Shown here: positions 58,838-64,000 of the stretch, piece after piece
Layout: each line of letters opens with the position of its first letter
Numbering within the stretch: the stretch's first letter is position 1
Sequence record: NC_042013.1
Reading direction: 5' to 3' (one strand)
Length of the DNA stretch: 64,000 bases
Notes under the pieces: generated by a model
Told to the model about the DNA's origin: nothing
The model's input: only the letters and a program-made list of their open reading frames with translations
Database searches by the model: none
Program-made: the position numbers and the translations under genes

Positions 58838-59185
58838 TCAAGAACGCTTTTTGTTCTTTCTGGCAAGCTTTGGTCGCTTGATAGCAATATCCGAAAGAGA
58901 ATATCGAAGGGCGAGCATAAGGGAGTCTTCATCATTCTGAAGATAAACCTTATCAACGTAAACGATCTTTTCGGCATAAGAACCGTCGTCGTTACGAATG
59001 GACTTTTCGTGGGTGTAGCAAGTTACCTTGTAATAACCGGAACAATTTTCGCGGCACCAAGAAAGAATATCATCAGGGGCAACCTGATGTTCATTTACCC
59101 AAAACTTATGGGTGAAAACGTAATAATACGAAATGTCACCAAAACGTTCGCTATGACGACCGAAATCCTTAATGGTTGTAGACAT
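58838..59185 (-). CDS. Early hypothetical protein (small expanded phage domain)
   Basis: DDILSWCRENCSG...VYLQNDEDSLMLALRY; first gene after a cassette. Confidence 0.7.
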   Translation of the reverse strand: MSTTIKDFGRHSERFGDISYYYVFTHKFWVNEHQVAPDDILSWCRENCSGYYKVTCYTHEKSIRNDDGSYAEKIVYVDKVYLQNDEDSLMLALRYSLSDIAIKRPKLARKNKKRS

Positions 59186-59192
59186 TCAAAAC

Positions 59193-59249
59193 ACTCCTTT
59201 GCTTCGTTATCGATGCAAAAGGTATATCATTCGTGATTTAAGATGTCAA
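59193..59249 (-). promoter_or_regulatory. Variant early cassette (ATCGATAAC)
   Basis: TTGACA-N17-TATACC-ttttgc-ATCGATAAC-gaagca-AAGGAG; ccttttgc/gcaaagg stem. Confidence 0.7.
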
Positions 59250-59253
59250 CTGA

Positions 59254-59712
59254 TTATAGTCGCAAAAAAATAATTTCGTTGGTTAGTAGCAATTGGAGAA
59301 TTGTACTTTCATCATCATCATTTTCACTGCAAAACAATGCCCAATTACCGCGAATTTCAATTTTGGTTTTTCTGCTGAATTCGTTAACAAAATTGACTAT
59401 ATCTTTGTCATAAAATGCATAATTTGGAATGAACGGGCAATCGATTATAAAATTCGATAATTCAGGATGATCATTATATACTTTGGCAGCTAGTGATGTT
59501 ATCTGATCAAATGCATCCATTCTAATGTCATATTGACCATCCCCGTGGTATATTAATGCATTTTCCAAGTTTAACCCCCCATTGGCTTTCTTGAAAATGA
59601 CTTTTTCGGTGAGGTCTCGCAGATTTGTACACGCCTTTGAAACAAAATCTTTAGAATATGAATCCAGCGGGATTAGATTATTATCGGAGTCATACAATGT
59701 ATAATCAGCCAT
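59254..59712 (-). CDS. Hypothetical protein
   Basis: 152 aa, coupled in the operon. Confidence 0.6.
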   Translation of the reverse strand: MADYTLYDSDNNLIPLDSYSKDFVSKACTNLRDLTEKVIFKKANGGLNLENALIYHGDGQYDIRMDAFDQITSLAAKVYNDHPELSNFIIDCPFIPNYAFYDKDIVNFVNEFSRKTKIEIRGNWALFCSENDDDESTILQLLLTNEIIFLRL

Positions 59713-60352
59713 TTCTTTTTAATTCCTCTAAATCAATCATAGTCCAATTTATTTTATCTGAATGTGCTAATACAAACGGTAGAATATCCTCTTTATCTTT
59801 GAATGAAAAACAGTGATACTGCTGTTTATAATCAATCTTGTTTTCCTTACAAAAAGCCGTCAAACGATCCTGCGTATTCTGGTTTTGTTTTTGAACAATA
59901 GGAAATGCATTGTAGTGGACGGACGAGGTATCATTAATGATTATTCCAATTTTGAAATTTATGGAATTAGATATTAGAAACCTAACGTCATGTGGATTAA
60001 CCCACACGCTATTTTCTTTTATTTTATTCCAAACAGCATCATAGAGACTAATATCTGGAACGTTGTCCTCTCCACAAATTGATTCGGTAATCTCTAATTT
60101 GTTTTTGATGATTTCCCAATTATTTCTATTTTCCAAAAGATCGAGAAAATCAGGACTGATTTTCACTACGTCACATTCTTCTAGTTGATGGTTCCGCCGC
60201 AACGTTTCTTTGATTTTAAACAAAAAACGTTCTATATTTTTCATGCCTGTAAATTCAGTAATCGACTTAGATGACGATAACGTGACCTTGGACCCACAGA
60301 GAAACTTTTTTGTTTCTTTATGGCGAATAGTATAGAACGTTTTAACTGGCAT
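59705..60352 (-). CDS. Hypothetical protein
   Basis: 215 aa, coupled in the operon. Confidence 0.6.
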   Translation of the reverse strand: MPVKTFYTIRHKETKKFLCGSKVTLSSSKSITEFTGMKNIERFLFKIKETLRRNHQLEECDVVKISPDFLDLLENRNNWEIIKNKLEITESICGEDNVPDISLYDAVWNKIKENSVWVNPHDVRFLISNSINFKIGIIINDTSSVHYNAFPIVQKQNQNTQDRLTAFCKENKIDYKQQYHCFSFKDKEDILPFVLAHSDKINWTMIDLEELKRNG

Positions 60353-61161
60353 TAGTCATCCCCGAAATCAAATAAACCATTATTATGAATGGTAATTTTG
60401 TTTTGGTCAATAGTCTTTTGTATGCGTTGGACACTTGGCGTGTAATATTTTTCATCCATTTCCATACAAATCCATTTACGACCAGTGTTCTCGGATGCAA
60501 CAGCAGTTGTACCGGAACCTGACGTATTATCCAAAACAGTGTCGCCTTTATTGGTATATGTTTTGATCAAATATTCAAAAAGTTCAACAGGCTTTTGTGT
60601 TGGATGAACCGCTGATGTTTCTGAACCAATGTCAATAACTGACGTTGGATAACCGGTTTGGGTTTGAATGTAAGTATCCCCCGGTTGACCAGACAACTGA
60701 CCATAGTTCGATGTGGACTTGCCGGTCGCCTTTGATTTCTGTACGCCACAAACTTTTTGAATGTGACGAACACCTTGCGGATTATATGTTGGCTGACTTT
60801 TATAAAACACCAAAACACTCTCATGTGAACGGAGAGGTTGTTTCTTAGCATTTAGAAATCCAGTTACTTTCGACTTGTGCCAAATCCATTCGTACTTAAA
60901 ATACTTAAGCTGTGATTGCACAAGGGCGCTTGTAAACGGTTGTGCAGACGTTAATACGATTGCAGCATTTGGTTTAGTGATACGCCAGTACTGTTCCCAT
61001 AAAGGTTCAAATGGGATGATTTCTTTATCAAATTCATTTTGCGTTGTTCCATACGGAAGATCACAAAGAATCATATCCACGGAACCATCCGGTAATGTAG
61101 CCATAAGGTCAAGACAATTCCCGTTATAGATGGTTCCGTTATCAAAATCGTGTTTAATCAT
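60352..61161 (-). CDS. N4-cytosine/N6-adenine DNA methyltransferase (beta class), orphan
   Basis: GNCLDLM, CDLPYGTT, HPTQKPV, LDNTSGSGTT. Confidence 0.9.
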   Translation of the reverse strand: MIKHDFDNGTIYNGNCLDLMATLPDGSVDMILCDLPYGTTQNEFDKEIIPFEPLWEQYWRITKPNAAIVLTSAQPFTSALVQSQLKYFKYEWIWHKSKVTGFLNAKKQPLRSHESVLVFYKSQPTYNPQGVRHIQKVCGVQKSKATGKSTSNYGQLSGQPGDTYIQTQTGYPTSVIDIGSETSAVHPTQKPVELFEYLIKTYTNKGDTVLDNTSGSGTTAVASENTGRKWICMEMDEKYYTPSVQRIQKTIDQNKITIHNNGLFDFGDD

Positions 61162-61172
61162 GTTTGCAATCC

Positions 61173-61781
61173 TTATGCGATAGTTAGCATACCAGATGCA
61201 ATATGATCCTTAAAGAAAATTCTTGGATTGGTATCGGCCTCGCCATTACCCGTATCAATTGCCGCAGTTAGGCTTTCAATAAGAGTAACTTTTACGCCAT
61301 TCTTAATGAAACCATTAATTGCTGTTGCTACGCAAAAATTCATTGCTACACCGACAACAACCACCTCATCACCAGCGTGCTTGATAGATTCAAGAATTTC
61401 GTCTCTATCAAAGAAAACAGCGCGAGTTCCATCTCTGAAACGTACGTCTACGTCATTCTCCCACATATCAAACACGTCTTTTCTCAAGGTGAGAACGTCA
61501 ATACCGCCATTAACAATGTGTGGATTAATCACGTTTTCCCAACCGCGTGTACCATATTCACAATGCAGAGGAAACATCTTACTTTCCTCATAATCTGAAT
61601 ATGTATCCGCATGGTGGGTATCAAACGTGAATAGAACACCGCTGGTTTCTGTTGGACTTAGATTTGAAAGGTACTTGTTGAGCGGTACGATCAAATCCTC
61701 CGATCCGTTAACGTAAAGAATGCCATCGGACATCATAAAATCATACTGCGTATCAACAACTACAACATATTTTTTTGCCAT
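61173..61781 (-). CDS. pncA: Nicotinamidase (isochorismatase family)
   Basis: VVVDTQYDF, TFDTH, PLHCEYGTRGW, RKDVF, VGVAMNFCV catalytic motifs. Confidence 0.88.
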   Translation of the reverse strand: MAKKYVVVVDTQYDFMMSDGILYVNGSEDLIVPLNKYLSNLSPTETSGVLFTFDTHHADTYSDYEESKMFPLHCEYGTRGWENVINPHIVNGGIDVLTLRKDVFDMWENDVDVRFRDGTRAVFFDRDEILESIKHAGDEVVVVGVAMNFCVATAINGFIKNGVKVTLIESLTAAIDTGNGEADTNPRIFFKDHIASGMLTIA

Positions 61782-61785
61782 TTCA

Positions 61786-62412
61786 TTACCTCATTATAAA
61801 TTTCTTTGGGTATGTATTAAGGATAATATCATGGTTTACGCGGGGAATCCATTTTTTCCATTCTTTTACTTCACCCAAACTGATTAAAGTTCGAATTTCA
61901 GTTGCAGATGGGCAATCGTTTTTCTCGCGGTCGATGATATGAAGAAGGCGTTCCTCCCCGTTAGGAGCGATAAAACCATCCTCATCATCAAACGGTGGAA
62001 GGTCTGAGTAACTTTCAACCATAGGATCAACCATCATTTCGTTATAAAAACGTTCGGCGTACCATACAGCGTCTGCTTTGCTTCCAGAATAATAATCGGT
62101 TACATTTTCGTAACCGTACTTTTTACACATATCGAGTACGTAATCAACCCAATCATTTTTGGAACGATTTTTATCTTTTTTCGGTAAATCTTCCAATGGA
62201 ATAATTACCAGACGATCACCAAAAACATTTCTAAACATTTCGGTTCTAATGACCTGTGTCCAAGGATTTGATTCGTCAATATCATTGCCAGTAGAACCAA
62301 GTCCAAGAATAGCGGTATCACATTCGCGTGTAATACGTGTTAAGATATCAAGGTGGCCGATATGCGGGGGTTGACCTCGCATTACGGCAAAACCAATTCT
62401 TTTACTTGCCAT
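61786..62412 (-). CDS. NMN/NaMN adenylyltransferase (NadM/NadR-like cytidylyltransferase fold)
   Basis: RGQPPHIGH (HxGH), ILGLGS, NPWT..IR.EM, SATEIR; likely start MASKRIG at 62412. Confidence 0.82.
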   Translation of the reverse strand: MASKRIGFAVMRGQPPHIGHLDILTRITRECDTAILGLGSTGNDIDESNPWTQVIRTEMFRNVFGDRLVIIPLEDLPKKDKNRSKNDWVDYVLDMCKKYGYENVTDYYSGSKADAVWYAERFYNEMMVDPMVESYSDLPPFDDEDGFIAPNGEERLLHIIDREKNDCPSATEIRTLISLGEVKEWKKWIPRVNHDIILNTYPKKFIMR

Positions 62413-62899
62413 TAATAATCTCCCATACATCATCAACGATTTCATTGTGATTAAATGCGAGGGTCATATTGGAAATTTCGTGATGAGTAAAAGTTGACAA
62501 CTCAGCAAGATCGTCACCGGCACGAGAATCGTCTTCCTCTTGTGCGGTAAGGCGAACATAATAACAAATATTAACCACGTGGCAGCGTGGGTCCGTTTTT
62601 GGCTTGGATTTTACTTTTGCAAGCTGGAGGCGATCTTCGGTAATAACAATTCCGGTTTCTTCAAAAATCTCGCGGATTGCAGTTTCTTCGATGGTTTCGC
62701 CTTCAGACAATAGGCTTTCATCAAATTCCACCATATCACCTTCTTCGACCAATGGGTCCATAAAACCACCCGGTATACAATAATAGCCGGAAAATGCACT
62801 GTCCTTACGACCACGAAGCCCACATAGAAAATGATTGTCGTGGGTAACAAGTACAATCGTTGCCGTAACAGCCGGTCGTGGATGAGCATATTTGAACAT
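62402..62899 (-). CDS. Nudix hydrolase (ADP-ribose pyrophosphatase-like)
   Basis: HPRPAVTATIV, YCIPGGF, Nudix box GETIEETAIREIFEETG, R.DPR, LAFNH; TTTACA-N17-TATATT promoter upstream. Confidence 0.88.
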   Translation of the reverse strand: MFKYAHPRPAVTATIVLVTHDNHFLCGLRGRKDSAFSGYYCIPGGFMDPLVEEGDMVEFDESLLSEGETIEETAIREIFEETGIVITEDRLQLAKVKSKPKTDPRCHVVNICYYVRLTAQEEDDSRAGDDLAELSTFTHHEISNMTLAFNHNEIVDDVWEIINGK

Positions 62900-62979
62900 A
62901 GTATCTCCTTTTAATTTGATTTGTAAAAAATATACCAGAAAAAGGCAAACGTGTAAATACATAAAAAGGAGTGTTTTTC

Positions 62980-63411
62980 ATGTTAAAACTTAAAGGGTTG
63001 GTAGGGAAAAGTTTTAAAATTTTTGGATTATTACCCCAAATAAGATGGGATACCCCATCAACATTACCACCACATTATTATAATTATAATTTCACACAAA
63101 ACATTTCTATTTCAAGTAAATATCCAATAACTAAGGTAGTTGTTACCAATGGTTCATTGCCAACTGGAGTATTTGTAACTCAAAGCGGTATGATATTTGG
63201 TAGATTAAATGGATCAGGCTCGCCAACTACGAGCACCTTTACTTTAACTGCAACAGATTCAACTGGTTTTAGTGATAGTAAAGAATATATACTTACTATA
63301 GAGGAATATATAACTGAAGTTGTATGGATAACCGATCCAATTATTACTGAAGAATATGGTATTGGTCAAGGTGTTTATAATAAAGTTATTGCGGAAAGTG
63401 AAATAAAATGA
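62980..63411 (+). CDS. Ig-like (He_PIG-type) repeat virion protein
   Basis: W.T...GSLPTG...G.I.G...TFTLTATDS motif; TAAATA and AAGGAG upstream. Confidence 0.7.
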   Translation: MLKLKGLVGKSFKIFGLLPQIRWDTPSTLPPHYYNYNFTQNISISSKYPITKVVVTNGSLPTGVFVTQSGMIFGRLNGSGSPTTSTFTLTATDSTGFSDSKEYILTIEEYITEVVWITDPIITEEYGIGQGVYNKVIAESEIK

Positions 63412-64000
63412 CAACATTACCTTCACCATATCCTATAAAATATTCATTAATAAATGGAGAATTGCCGGAAGGTTTACATCTTATGCAAGATGGATCGATT
63501 CGTGGTATCGTTGCATATGGTAATTTTTATCCAGCACCAGAATGGCAAACTGCCGCAGGCCGTTTATTACTAACCAGTGAATTAGAAACAATAGAACCTA
63601 TTACGCTTGATTGCACACCATCGGTTGGAGCTACCAGCGTAGTATATTCACTGGTCCCGTCACCCATTTCTGGCGAAGTTTTGCCGTGGGGCATATCTCT
63701 AGATTGGGAAAATGGGATAATTTCTGGAACAGTAGCAGATTATTTACCACCAAATGAACCGAGTTGGCTACCAGAGGAAGAACCAGTATGGGTAACACCG
63801 CCCGGTTCAATTGGAACGTATAACGAACAACAAACAGTTTCATTTACATTTAATGCTACTCCATATGAGGATAATACCATAAAATATGCGATAGTTGAAG
63901 GTAATATACCATTTGGTATATCACTGAATACAGTAACCGGTTTATTGAGCGGTACGTTATCACGCTTGCCATTTAACGAGGATAATAATGATCCTTTGCC
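63408..64000 (+). CDS. Ig-like repeat virion protein (partial, runs off the window)
   Basis: Open frame MTTLPSPYPIKYSLINGELPEGL... with several W.T..G...YSL..G.LP.G.SL...G.ISG repeats; no stop before the window end. Confidence 0.75.
   Translation, partial: MTTLPSPYPIKYSLINGELPEGLHLMQDGSIRGIVAYGNFYPAPEWQTAAGRLLLTSELETIEPITLDCTPSVGATSVVYSLVPSPISGEVLPWGISLDWENGIISGTVADYLPPNEPSWLPEEEPVWVTPPGSIGTYNEQQTVSFTFNATPYEDNTIKYAIVEGNIPFGISLNTVTGLLSGTLSRLPFNEDNNDPL

Noticed and set aside
1-64000. Stop-codon reassignment (alternative genetic code)
   Set aside because: Long genes are intact under code 11, and TAA, TGA and TAG all end genes at sensible coupled boundaries.
1-64000. Reverse transcriptase, DGR, retron, integrase or transposase
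   Set aside because: No RT (YxDD), tyrosine/serine recombinase or DDE motifs were recognised in any ORF.

Overview
This is a 64 kb AT-rich segment of a T4-related jumbo myovirus; from recall it resembles the RaK2/GAP32/Atu_ph07-like group, which I have not verified. Positions 633-21346 (minus strand) hold a tail/baseplate module: a fibre-like protein, a GIY-YIG homing endonuclease, a 4449-aa structural giant, and gp6-like and gp25-like wedge proteins. Positions 21400-31921 (plus strand) are an accessory block: DEDD exonuclease, SprT-like protease, an acidic protein, an adenine MTase plus putative PD-(D/E)XK nuclease, a helicase-primase flanked by structured DNA, four 4-TM paralogues and a Pol-beta nucleotidyltransferase. 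Positions 31929-49962 carry an amidoligase, a tape-measure-like protein and the head module (portal gp20, protease gp21, scaffold gp22, MCP gp23), interrupted by opposite-strand accessory islands and two tRNAs. Positions 50070-62899 (minus strand) are an early-gene region with two orphan MTases, an AAA ATPase, a Thg1-like enzyme, a C-terminal-GG small protein coupled to a Cys-containing partner, and a Nudix-NMNAT-nicotinamidase cluster. Ig-repeat structural genes start at 62980. Ten dispersed promoter-ATCGAAAC-RBS cassettes head the early genes. The best candidates for undescribed biology are the GG-protein/partner pair (possible ubiquitin-like conjugation), the phage R-M pair whose nuclease has a capsid-targeting-like N-terminus, the PncA-type NAD cluster, and the cassette system. 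All functional calls come from reading motifs by eye; no searches were run.
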